A stretch of 63,022 nt of DNA, filler included, from Octopus bimaculoides (GCF_001194135.2; 8 parts of 7 records of this genome joined end to end with filler, not necessarily neighbours in it), one strand, 5' to 3'. Positions 1 to 11,725 are shown, counted from the first letter of the whole stretch. Made by a program: numbers and translations. Notes: a model not told the origin generated them from the letters alone.

Positions 1-75
1 CATACCCCACCTCTATCCCCATCCTCAGCCTAACCACATACCCCACCTCTACACCCACCCTCAGCCTAACCCACA
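1..75. repeat. C-rich ~36-bp tandem repeat, two imperfect copies
   Basis: CATACCCCACCTCTA..CCCA.CCTCAGCCTAACC occurs twice at the window start. Confidence 0.6.
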
Positions 76-460
76 CCTCACCCTTGCTTTCCTCACTCTC
101 GACCTCAACCCCCCAACACCATCACACCACTACACCATTCACCACCATACAACACAACACCACATCACATCACACACATCAGACCACCACGAACACAATA
201 GCACTGACCACAGCCTAGCCCCACATCTACATACCTAAACATGCACACACGCGCTCGACAAGGTCACCAGCCCTCTTCCACACGCACATATATACTCTCT
301 TATACACACACACGCGCACCTTCGTTTTGGAATCAGAACTACTTTATTATATCCCCTTCTTCCTACCTCTCCTGTGTGACCCTTCTGTCCGGCATTCGCT
401 ATGATAGATCGCTAGTCACTACACATTCTTTACTTTCTCTCCTTGTTTTTATCTGTTTTC

Positions 461-496
461 CTTTGTGTGGAAGAGCGTAGGCTCGAACCGTTAAAG
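461..496 (+). ncRNA. Degenerate minimal type I hammerhead-like motif
   Basis: CTTT-GTGTGGAA-GAGC(GTAG)GCTC-GAAC-CG-TT-AAAG. Helix I (CTTT/AAAG) and helix II (GAGC/GCTC) pair, but both core segments deviate from CUGANGA/GAAA. Confidence 0.3.
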
Positions 497-2687
497 ACTT
501 TTTTTTACTTCCCGAGCTTTAAACTAATACATCTCTTTCTTGTCTACACCAGCTGTCTTCGTCNNNNNNNNNNNNNNNNNNNNNNNNNNNNNNNNNNNNN
601 NNNNNNNNNNNNNNNNNNNNNNNNNNNNNNNNNNNNNNNNNNNNNNNNNNNNNNNNNNNNNNNNNNNNNNNNNNNNNNNNNNNNNNNNNNNNNNNNNNNN
701 NNNNNNNNNNNNNNNNNNNNNNNNNNNNNNNNNNNNNNNNNNNNNNNNNNNNNNNNNNNNNNNNNNNNNNNNNNNNNNNNNNNNNNNNNNNNNNNNNNNN
801 NNNNNNNNNNNNNNNNNNNNNNNNNNNNNNNNNNNNNNNNNNNNNNNNNNNNNNNNNNNNNNNNNNNNNNNNNNNNNNNNNNNNNNNNNNNNNNNNNNNN
901 NNNNNNNNNNNNNNNNNNNNNNNNNNNNNNNNNNNNNNNNNNNNNNNNNNNNNNNNNNNNNNNNNNNNNNNNNNNNNNNNNNNNNNNNNNNNNNNNNNNN
1001 NNNNNNNNNNNNNNNNNNNNNNNNNNNNNNNNNNNNNNNNNNNNNNNNNNNNNNNNNNNNNNNNNNNNNNNNNNNNNNNNNNNNNNNNNNNNNNNNNNNN
1101 NNNNNNNNNNNNNNNNNNNNNNNNNNNNNNNNNNNNNNNNNNNNNNNNNNNNNNNNNNNNNNNNNNNNNNNNNNNNNNNNNNNNNNNNNNNNNNNNNNNN
1201 NNNNNNNNNNNNNNNNNNNNNNNNNNNNNNNNNTATATATATATATATATATATATGGAGGTTGCGTACGTGTACATGTAACACTGTACTCTAGAGGAAA
1301 GAATAATGTGGTCTGTTTAACTACAATAGGAGCAAATTGCCCTGTTTTGCATATCATCAGTCCGCACCTACGAGCCACAAAGTTATACGATGTATAACAA
1401 CAGAGGTGCATGATATAACACCTACACACTGCCTTTCAGCTTTTATATTCTTTTCAAACACTATAATGCTATGTTCTCTTAAACCTCCTTCTCCAGCATT
1501 GTGTCATCCTGAACTCAATATATTCTTAACAGAACAGCAAAATATCGATATCATTTCTGCATTTCTTTGCAACAAGCTGGAACATTTCACAATTACCAAA
1601 ACTCCTAATATTTGATATAACGTCATGTATGTAATCATGTTACAGCGTATTGTGTATTCTAGATAGGATTAAGTTAATAATTATTTCGATCACTCTAGTC
1701 TTAAGTGTTTGACATATAAATATCACCTACGTTACTTTTCCAATCTAATGAATGCCAAAATTTCAGATATACCTGGTATCTAGTATGTGATTAGATAATC
1801 TCACTCAGACATTTTAATACCAAGGACATCAGATAAGACCCATCACGTATTTCGAATATAGAATTACATTATTTCTTCTTCTTTGGTCGTCAAATGATAT
1901 TATTTTCTCTTCATAATTTATGTGACCTTTTGACATGGCAATTATTCTGCGATACATTTTCATAAACTATATATACAGGATGTTTGTGCTAACTTAGACG
2001 AATTATTACGCTTCTTTTCTTTGGGAACAGCTTGATGTATCGGCTAATATTCAACAGCGTTGGAGCGCATAAAGATTAATGTCATGCCAATTAGCTGACA
2101 TGGAGGACTGGAAGCCAACTGAAATGTAGAAAAAGCGGTACTTGTATCATGAAGATTCGTGTCGAGTATGAATATGCCGAGATCTTGACTATTGCTTAGT
2201 GCTTTCAGAAAACTGTAATGTCTATAAGACGAAACGGAGACAACAAAACATTCGCCATCAGGAGGGGGCATAGCAAACGTTCTCATTTCGTCCACACCCC
2301 GGATTAAATATAACAGTTAATAAACAGGATCAGCTGATGAATCAGGTGGTGTTTTCAAGCTGCTGGAGGCTGTAGTCATACCGAGATTGGAGAAATTGCT
2401 GCTGGAAGGCCATATATATAGGAACAGGATTCGATTTCTTGCCATGCTTCCTGAAAGAATCAGAACTGGTTACTGCAGAATTAATTTCTACGGCTTTATG
2501 AGCTCCAATTCTTGGTCTAATTACCTCGGTTTTAATCCTATAGACTGGTTTGTATGTGACACGCTTAAGAAGGTTACCAACAGCCCGCTCTACCTTCAGA
2601 CGCAACGCTGAGCTAGCGGTCAACAACATGGAGACTATTTACATTATTTGCATGTGACGGACAGTCGTCCTCGTCTTCTTTGTTGTT

Positions 2688-2733
2688 AACACAACGTTTC
2701 GGCTGATATACTCTCCAGCCTTTATCAGGTGTC
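2688..2733 (-). ncRNA. Minimal type I hammerhead ribozyme motif with a G8-to-A core mutation
   Basis: Minus strand reads GACAC-CTGATAA-A-GGCT(12 nt)AGCC-GAAA-CG-TT-GTGTT. Helices I and II pair, helix III is the palindrome ACGT, and the cleavage triplet is GUU. Confidence 0.7.
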
Positions 2734-2779
2734 TTGGGGAAATTTCGAACTTGGGTTCTCATTCCTAAGGTATGTTTCG

Positions 2780-2838
2780 ATGTTGTTGTTGTTGTTGTTA
2801 TTATTATTATTATCATCATCATTATCATTATTATTATC

Positions 2839-2866
<28 letters not shown>
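2780..2866. repeat. (GTT)n/(ATT)n/(ATC)n microsatellite inside the SINE-like element
   Basis: Directly visible trinucleotide runs. Confidence 0.95.
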
Positions 2867-2869
<3 letters not shown>

Positions 2870-3273
2870 TCACTGCTTGGAATTGAACTCGTAATCTTGG
2901 GGCTAGTAGCCCGCACTCTTAACCACTATGCCATATCTCTCAAATATAGATAATGTAAATAATGTTCATAATTCCTCATCGCTTAAATATCGAACTGAAT
3001 ATGGCGACGTTTGAAAATCTTCCTAGGAATAGAGTGAGGAGGAACAAATGCTCCTCATTCCAAAGCTATCTTGAAACCACGTTGAAAGATGAAATCGGTT
3101 ACTCATATCTCCCATTCATAATCTGGATGATATTTTTTGATTTTCTAAAACGCATTTCCTTTTGGATGGCAATATGGGACATTGAGTTTCTTTTCCTTTT
3201 AAGCAAACTATCAAATCGTGCCGGAACACTGTATACATATATNNNNNNNNNNNNNNNNNNNNNNNNNNNNNNN

Positions 3274-3304
<31 letters not shown>

Positions 3305-3309
<5 letters not shown>

Positions 3310-4215
3310 GCAGATCATGGTATGATATGCCACAAACTGAGTGATCTCGGCATAGATGGAAAACTGGGAGAGTGGTTACATGGCTTTCTGAACGATAGAA
3401 GTCGGGCAGTAGTGGTGACACCTCAATGAAAACTCAAATAGTGGGCGGTGTTCCACAGGGCACTTTCTTGAGACCACTGCTTTTCATAGTGACCCTCTCA
3501 GATATGCCCTCAACTGCCCGGATAGCCACCCTTGCTAGCTAAGAACGTCTCGTAGAAAAATATAGAATCCTGGCGATGTTGCACATGTGCAGCAGGAGTT
3601 GGACTCAATTTACAGATGGGCTGAGGATAATAATATTCAGCCATGGTCACCCAACAGTGTAAAATTAACAGCGGACCTTGAAACAATTCAGCGAAGCTAC
3701 AGAAGATCATATGTTTGCAACAGCTCAGCTACTGGGAAAGGCTGAAACAGCTAAGACACTACTCCCAGATGTATATTCGGGCATACCTAAAGGTATGCAT
3801 GAATATACATCTGGAAGATCATGGAAGAAATTGTGCCAAATTTTGGCATTGAAAGTTACACCAATGTCAGAACGGGTCGACATTGCATAATGCCAAAGAT
3901 CTCAGTAATGCCATCGCGCTTCAGGGCCAGTTACTGCAACAGTCTGGGTTTCAGGGGCCCACAGCTTTTTAATATTCTTCCAAAGAGCCTGAGGAATCTC
4001 CACAAAGTGGATATAGGCGTTTTAAAATCAAGGCTGAACCTCTTCCTGTCAAGAGCCCCAGATGAACCTACCTCACGGCAAGAGGTGCAAATGAGGGTAG
4101 CCATATCAAACTCCATTCTACACCAAGTGCCATATATTAAAGGAAGATCTCAGTAATAAAATTGTAGGAAAACGGCGGTAGTCCAGCATGGCCACAACTA
4201 TTAGCTGAAATTACA
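3305..4215 (+). mobile_element. CR1-group LINE 3' part (RT and C-terminus of ORF2 plus 3' UTR), degenerate
   Basis: GIDGKLGEWLHGFLNDRSRAVVV, then GVPQGT (ggcggtgttccacagggcact), then SLGFRGPQLFNILPKSLRNLH..LKSRLNLFLSRAPDEP. Stop at 4154-4156, followed by a short tail. Confidence 0.8.
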
Positions 4216-5853
4216 AAAAAGTATATATGTATGTGTGCATGTATGATTTGATGTAAATATTTATTTGTGACAGATAAACAGATTTGACTTGCATAATTAC
4301 ACAAAATGATTTCATTATATGCTATAGGCATACAATATAGTACCATATTATAAGCGTCTGTAAGATTCTACTCAAAAGCTTTCATAGAAAATATATATTC
4401 TCAATAGATTAAATACACGACCTGTTGTTTTCACCGTTTGTTTTCACCTTTTGTTTGAAATTTGAATTTCATTTAGATATTCAAATATAAATTATATATT
4501 TAATTATGTATTACCATCTGATTTGTCCAAGCCGTTTTCCAGTAAAGCATATTGTCAATAAAACTAGCAAGAATATATATTTTAATCTAAAATATACGAG
4601 GATATATTCTGTAAATAATCCATAATACAGTGTCAAGTGCTAATTATAGAAGAATATTAGATTATTATTTCAATATCGCTTACTACAAATCGAAATCAGT
4701 TTCGGTTCGTTGACAATTCCAGCATTCTAACATATACCTGATGCATTCATTGTAATACCATAAAGGTCGCATACATATTTCTCCTTCTGACACGAGGAAG
4801 CACATAAAGAAGGCATAAATGTGAACTGTATGTTTATTAAATGTGCACGAAAACGCGAGATGAAGTCACTGGTTTGTGAGAGAACATGAAACACTACAAC
4901 CAAATTATGTCCGTATTGATTCCATACGCATTGCCGTAATGAATAAAGATTAAACGCTGTAGCAGAACGTAAATCGGTGTTATACGAAATCTTTGCAGCT
5001 AAATTTATATTATGTCAGTTTTCCTCATGGTCATCGCATTCATAAATGAAAGGATAACGCTTCCTTTGTAAGCCAAACTGACATCACTAATATTACCTCC
5101 CTTAGATAAGCTCTTTTTCTCTTTTTTTATAGTATGGTATTTTTATTTTATAGCCATAAGTGTGGAGATAAAAGCGGTTTGTGCTCATTCAATTCCATTA
5201 CTCATAAATACGCGTATGTACGTAAATCTTTCTCCGGCGATAACGTTAGAGCAAAGCATGTATAAAATAATTATCTATATTGATGCTGTAACAAAAGATA
5301 CATTACCTGATCAGTTAAGAAACTAAACGTATTTCCAGAACTTTTGATATTCTAAGTTTAACGAAATTAATACCTATTAATATGAAAGATGCCATTAACC
5401 CTTTGTTATAGCAGCTTTATTGTGACTATCAGGTTAAAGTTACATGCTTATAAATGGCATAGTAAAGCCATAGGGCATTGCTTTCCGGAAAAATGGCTGC
5501 TCCTTTCATTTAGACACTTAAAAGAGTTACAGTCCTACACGCTATGTAAGCGTCACGTCTGTTCAAAAGTGTTGCTCAAAATATGAATTTTCTTATGCAT
5601 TAGCGTATTGCATCACATGCCATGTAGAAAACTTACACTCCCGTAGATCTTTCTTTGACATCAGAATATTTGATATATTATGACCTAGCATAAGTACGAT
5701 GTGACACTCGAGAATGTTAATAACGTAACATTTGACTTTGGGATGTGATCTGAAAGAAAGTTGTTAGCATTATTAATCTAAGAATACGTACGATGTCACA
5801 TATACATACAAACATGCATCCATACATACATGCATACACACGCATACACACTC

Positions 5854-5896
<43 letters not shown>

Positions 5897-6732
5897 AACG
5901 CACACAAAGAATATATTAGATAAATCAGAATGGTTTCAGATATGGTATTGTGGATCAGGTCACGATATCAGAGTGTGGATTTTTCTTTAGGTCATAATTA
6001 CAGATAAAAGAGATTAACGTTAAAAATATAATTGTTTCCTGTTTATTTTACAGTAAGATAGAATGCAGTGGGTCCCTAGTTGGCCCATTCATGCATGCAT
6101 ACAATTAGCAGTATGATATAACTGAAAGTTGGTTTGGATTATATTTGCAGTAGTCGAAAGTAAGCATATAACTCTGAGAGGTTTCGGCCAGTATAGGTCC
6201 AGACCATGTCTAACTCAATAGCAGCCCTATAGATACATGTCTTGAATACCTGTAGATGATTGTGGTTTGAGAGAGACTCAATGAAGAAGATATGGACATG
6301 CGTACATAAATACAATCATTACGAAAATCAGTCCCAAATTACAATATACATAAAATATGGAGATCAATATTTAGCTTTCGTAATGCTATCAGATATATCA
6401 CTTTATGAATGGTATGGAAATGCATTACTGTTATATATATATTAAACATGGCGTATGGCCGATAATAATGTACATAAGTTCTGAGGCTGCTTTTGTAGTT
6501 TCTAAATACATGTACAGCTCACGTTTATCTATTGAAGGGTAGTTGTGTTGTTTTATGTTGCAATACAATTACCTTCACTTTTGATTTGAGTTGTAAATAA
6601 TTTGAATAGTCAAATATTTCTTCGTTGTTGTATTCGATATCAATTTAGATTGCAAAATTTCTGGTAGGTTTTGAAGATTGAAAATATTAGGATTATTCCT
6701 CTTCAAATACTTTTCTTCGTATATACAGAAGA

Positions 6733-7783
6733 CTAGCAGAAATACCCGGCTTTTCCCGGGTTAAAGGGAATAATGAAATCTAAAAACGCCGTCTAGACTA
6801 CGCAACCCTCAACTGTTAGTAGCTACGATACCATATTTCTACATTAATAACTCTCCAATCCATGCCAGCATGGAACATAGACATTAAGTGGAATGCCAGT
6901 CTCTCATCTAGGAGGGCCTTGAAATCAATGTTACCAACTGGGGACTATGTGTGTCGTAGTGATAATAAAAAGACCCAAAAGAGGTCTGCAACGAAATAAT
7001 TTTACTCAACACTTTGCAAGTGAATCAGTGGAGGCAAAGATGCGTCTCATTTACTTGACAATTTATGCACCACATTGCAGAAATCACAATGTAAGTATAT
7101 CTGANNNNNNNNNNNNNNNNNNNNNNNNNNNNNNNNNNNNNNNNNNNNNNNNNNNNNNNNNNNNNNNNNNNNNNNNNNNNNNNNNNNNNNNNNNNNNNNN
7201 NNNNNNNNNNNNNNNNNNNNNNNNNNNNNNNNNNNNNNNNNNNNNNNNNNNNNNNNNNNNNNNNNNNNNNNNNNNNNNNNNNNNNNNNNNNNNNNNNNNN
7301 NNNNNNNNNNNNNNNNNNNNNNNNNNNNNNNNNNNNNNNNNNNNNNNNNNNNNNNNNNNNNNNNNNCTTTCTCGCTTTCTCTCTTTCTCTCTTTCTCTCT
7401 CTCTCTCTGAAAGTATCTGTCATTACAGTATCGAAATGTGATTGTTTCAGTTAGCAGAATAGTTTCATTTTTAAAGTGAAAGTATTTGACATGAGTGTTT
7501 TTGTTTCACTTTTGACACGGAATACTTAAAAAGTGGAGGAGATATTATGTTGCCGTGGGCTCGAACTCTGCAAGAAGTTAAAATTTTTTTTGACTAAAAC
7601 ACAACTGGAACCCTAAGTAAGGCATGTGTAAAATTTGAATGAAATTGGTTGCGTAGTTCTCGAGCTTTAGGGATTCACACATACAGACAGACATACAGAC
7701 ATACAGACAGACATACAGACAGACAGACAGATAGACAGACAGAAAGACAGACAGACACACATTCTTATTTATATATATATAGA
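6733..7783 (-). mobile_element. Non-autonomous Helitron-like element containing an N gap
   Basis: Minus strand has 5' A|TC and 3' CTAG|T, with hairpin ACCCGG/CCGGGT (6744-6761) just upstream of the 3' end. Internal blocks are shared with 38520-38720 and 40548-40818. Confidence 0.7.
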
Positions 7784-8918
7784 TTATTTGTATTGATATA
7801 AAATGTATGAAGTTAATTCTATGAGAATACAAACGCCGTCGTTCGTGAAATGAAATCCACTCTTGGTACCTTCTCATATTTAATTATACACGTTAACTAA
7901 CATATGGCATTTATTTAGATAGTATTAATCATAAATATCATTGTTGAGTTCAGCAAATTTTCTGGGAAAAGCTCTGATAATCAGAGTTCATGTTATATGG
8001 TATTTATATTATGTGAAAGTTTGTTTCATCGTTTCGAAATGTAAGACCAATTTTAATTAAGTAAGTAAATAATTAACCGATTGCAGAGATGAAATAATTA
8101 TATCTATACCTATATATACGATCTCATTCATATCAAATTAACGTAGTTGCAAATTGGAGATAATGACGGACACGAGTAATGCTTCTGTTATATACGGAAT
8201 CATTTACTTCGTTAAATAAATATGTTTATCTCTGTACAGTCTGCCATTTCTCACAATACTCTCTTCCAAAGCAATATATTGCTTCCTTGGCTACAAATTC
8301 ATTTCGATACGGTTTTCTGTAGGAATAATTTCAGCAAAAAAATGTCTGCAAAATATTGTTTCCAAAATAAATTATTAATGACTTACTAGGAATTATTTCC
8401 GCGAATTTTAATTTTAATAATAGAAATTTTCAAAAGAATGCACCCTCAAGGACTGTAATATGTTGAATTCTAAGGGTCGCCTATAAACTACAAACCTTTA
8501 TATTTAGAGGTAATCACACAGGCATTTCAAGCGTTTATTTCGAGTTCATGATTTATGCTGACACAGACAATAATGCCCACATGCAGACTCAGAAGTACTC
8601 CCATCTTCTGATAGACAAACATACAGACAGAGAGATAGAGAGACAGATATACAGAGACACCACATACACGCACGCACAAACACACACGCACGCACACACA
8701 CACACACACACACACATACACTCTCACACATACATAGTTTATCATTGCCTCGGATTCAACAAATGGGCGCCCTCTAGTCTATATTATATCTGTTAGATAA
8801 GCATATCGGTCACTGGTGATTTGTTTTCAGTGGTGAATGCTTGTATAAGAGTGGATATACGTTTAGAAACGATGACAGCAGAAAGTCGGTACAAATAGTT
8901 TCAACAAACACAATGGGC

Positions 8919-9018
8919 NNNNNNNNNNNNNNNNNNNNNNNNNNNNNNNNNNNNNNNNNNNNTTAATTAATTAANNNNNNNNNNNNNNNNNNNNNNNNNN
9001 NNNNNNNNNNNNNNNNNN
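8919..9018. other. Artificial gap spacer: 44 N + TTAATTAATTAA + 44 N (also at 32055-32154, 37336-37435, 42598-42697, 52825-52924, 56018-56117, 60380-60479)
   Basis: The same 100-nt layout occurs seven times; the 12-mer encodes stops in all six frames. Confidence 0.95.
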
Positions 9019-9050
9019 TGAGCTTTAAAAGGGCACATAAATAAAAAATA

Positions 9051-9082
<32 letters not shown>

Positions 9083-9183
9083 GTATGCATACATATACAT
9101 GTATGTATATATATATATATATATATATATACATACATATGCACACACATATATATATAAATATATGTATTTATATGTGTATG

Positions 9184-9214
<31 letters not shown>

Positions 9215-9969
9215 ACATATTTTTATATGTATACATATGTGTGTGTGCATATGTATGTGTGTGTGTGTTTGTGTATACCGATGAAGATCGGTGCATCCAG
9301 TTGCGTCATAACATTAGCCATTCGATAACAGAGACGATAAAATAAATACTCCACTATAAGTACTAAGCTGGTTATGATCTGTTAAAAAAAGCTGCGGAAG
9401 CGTCTCCCTAGTATGCTCGTAATTCTATGATGGTAATCAGTTAGAGGATAATGAAGCGAATATGAAGACTCCTTTGAACGTCGGATAAAATGACTTGCAT
9501 ATTTGTTCAGTCTGTCTCATCTCTGTGATCAAATCCTTCGGTGTCAACATTGCTTTTATTCCTTTTGGAATGATAAAGTACCAGTCACATACTAGTTTTA
9601 ATTTCTCCTCTCCCTTCATTCTCTAACAATCAGTTGGATGAAGGGTCAACGAAAAGTTCGTTTATATGGCAGCTCCATGAAAGCTTATACCTCCATTTTG
9701 TGGGTTCGACGAAACTGAAAGATTAAAAGAGTACATTCTGTTTATTATTTTAGAATATCAATTTCTCACTCATTTAATTAGTAACAATACATTACTATAA
9801 TACTACAATACATTACTATAATACTACTATAATACTTCTTTTCTTATCGAGGTAATAGCTTAATGATAAGAATGACGCAAAATTTTTAAATGTTCTGGAT
9901 TGTTATAAATGTGAAGTTACGTACTGAGATAATGGGCGTGGTTTTAGAGCTTACAGGAAGTGAATCTTG

Positions 9970-10043
<74 letters not shown>

Positions 10044-10084
10044 CAAATGAAAGACAGAAGATGGAATATACGAGAATTTATATT

Positions 10085-10188
10085 AATCACAATTGTTTCG
10101 ACACATATAGCATCGATTCCTCTTCGGTGGGACACTCAACAACTGATTCAGGAGCATCAGGTGGTGCAGATGTATCTCGTCGGGTGAT
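10085..10188 (-). ncRNA. Decayed hammerhead motif with a 77-nt helix II region, downstream of a PLE GIY-YIG on the same strand
   Basis: ATCAC-CCGACGA-GATACAT..ATGTGTC-GAAA-CAATTG-TGATT. The core has U4-to-C, and about 3 nt at the cleavage site are deleted relative to 21316-21423. Confidence 0.6.
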
Positions 10189-10558
10189 AAATAAATACAA
10201 CTCGTTAAAATGTTACTTTCCGTTTTGTAGAGAGAAAAGCAGCCAGGCGGGGGAAATATCTTCATTTATACAGAAGATCAAAAATAAAATCACAGATGGC
10301 AAAAAGAGAAACGAACACGTAATCCAGCGAGAAAAGTATTAAAAATAACCGTTAACAGATATGGATGTATAAACGCTCTCGGGCAAGCTGCATGGCGCGA
10401 GTAAACTCGCTCATACAAGCATCCGCAAAAATGTGAAGATACGCACACGTAAGGTTTGGTGCACTCATGATCAAAAAGTTAGTTATAAAAATGGGGAGGT
10501 TAAAAGTAAACTTAAGTCATCCATACCTTAAAGTAAATTAAGTTAAGTTAACGGTTAC

Positions 10559-11500
10559 TCAAAATTCATTCTCACTGCATTGTGCGAAAGTACATTTATA
10601 TGTGTGTAGGCATCTCGAGAGCCGTTCAAAAATTTTATTATTTATCTTCTCATTAGTCCACAGAATAGACAGGGCTTCTTCGGAGCAGAGACAGCATCTC
10701 CTGGAAATTATATTGTATGGTTTCGCATACCTTAGTATAGACCAATTAATGCTGTACTTTGTTTTATCCTTTTTCAGTCGCCATACAAAATCTGCTAAAG
10801 ATGTTGAATGTCTCTTATTGATTGTCTTAAAGCTGGCAACATGGTTACGATAACGATTCTTAAATGAATCAGCCCTCTGCCCAATGTAAACATAGTGTGC
10901 ACGGTACATTTATATAAAAGACTTGTACTCATAGTGAGATTCATCAAAGGACATTTTGATTTCTCTCTGCATGAGAATTTATCATATTTATTTGTATATA
11001 AGGTAGTCCCGACACCATTTACCGGCGTTGTTACCGTGCCAGCTGTTTCATAATTATTTCTACTACTACAAATTGGTCTTAGTTGGTGTTTATTAACGCA
11101 GTTTACATTTAGATGCAAATGTTCGCTAGATCCAGTAGGTGGACTATTGAACCTTTGATGCACTGTTTATGCGATGCATAAGCTGCTCTAAATTAGCAGA
11201 GCTGGCGTAGGATACCTTCACGGTATTTCGATTAAAAATAGCATGATACCGATTAAATTTAGGAAAACACTTGTCCAAAGCAGCAAAATAATTTCCAGCA
11301 ATCTTGATTGATACATTGAAACCGAACCAGAGGATATCTTGATTCTTATGTCTGTTGTTAGGCTTATTTGATCGAGTGTGTTGTACAGGATTGGAACAAG
11401 CAGTTGAATTATTATGTCACATGTGTCTAAGAGTTTTCGTACGCAGTTCATTGATATGACCATTTCTTTCTGTTCTGGCCTGTATTCTTTATCTGAGTGA
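10559..11500 (-). mobile_element. Penelope-like element 3' part: RT C-terminus, Cys-rich linker and GIY-YIG endonuclease (Neptune-like), frameshifted
   Basis: Hand translation ILWFGFNVSIKIAGNYFAALDKCFPKFNRYHAIFNRNTVKVSY; ORF track SCREKSKCPL..SLLYKCTV and YVYIGQRADSFKNRYRNHVASF..STSLADFVWRLK..WSIL..CCLCSEE. Confidence 0.85.
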
Positions 11501-11542
11501 GTTCTCAAACGGTAACGTAAAATTTACAAGGGTAGTTTATAA

Positions 11543-11725
11543 TGGTTTTAAATTTTGGAACAAAACCAGCAGCTTTTGAAGGAAGGGGTTAGTCGATGAT
11601 GTTGACCCCAGTACTTGACAGGTGCTTATTTTATCGACCCTGAAAGGATGAAAGCAACGTCGACCTCGGAGGAATTTGAGTTCAGAACATATAGAGATGC
11701 TAACGATTCTGCCAGCTCACCACCT
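11543..11725 (-). mobile_element. SINE family B copy, internally deleted
   Basis: Matches the other copies (GAGCTGGCAGAATCGTTAGC head; CCTTTCATCCTTTCGGGGTCGATAAA core). Confidence 0.75.

Larger units (their letters stand above)
2636..2997 (-). mobile_element. tRNA-headed SINE-like element carrying a hammerhead motif, with inverted 3' tip and 11-bp TSD
   Basis: Minus strand 2937-2866 is tRNA-like (A box TGGCATAGTGG, B box GAGTTCAATTCC), followed by (AAT)n, a linker and an HHR at 2733-2688. Flanked by AACATGGAGAC (2625-2635) and AATATGGCGAC (2998-3008). Confidence 0.75.
2335..3231 (+). mobile_element. 3' half of a Tc1/mariner-superfamily transposon (DD37D/maT-like), pseudogenised and interrupted by the 2636-2997 insertion
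   Basis: Hand translation across frameshifts gives KLLEAVVIPRLEK..AGRPYI*EQDSISCHAS..FMSSNSWS..FNPIDWFVCDTLKKVTN..AELAVNNM. After the insertion it continues MATFENLPRNRVR..CSSFQSYLETTLKDEIGY. The element ends in ...CCGGAACACTG|TA at 3231-3233. Confidence 0.65.

Noticed and set aside
443-1429. Long ORFs spanning N runs (also around 17434-18365, 39628-40545, 54679-55111, 57720-58646, 61108-62093)
   Set aside because: They stay open only because N codons are not stops.
5396-5720. TTAA-CCCTTTG start suggesting a second piggyBac-type MITE
   Set aside because: The matching right TIR is too degenerate to confirm.
8963-8974. TTAATTAATTAA repeated seven times, resembling a regularly recurring motif
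   Set aside because: Always centred in an identical 100-nt N spacer; a scaffolding linker.
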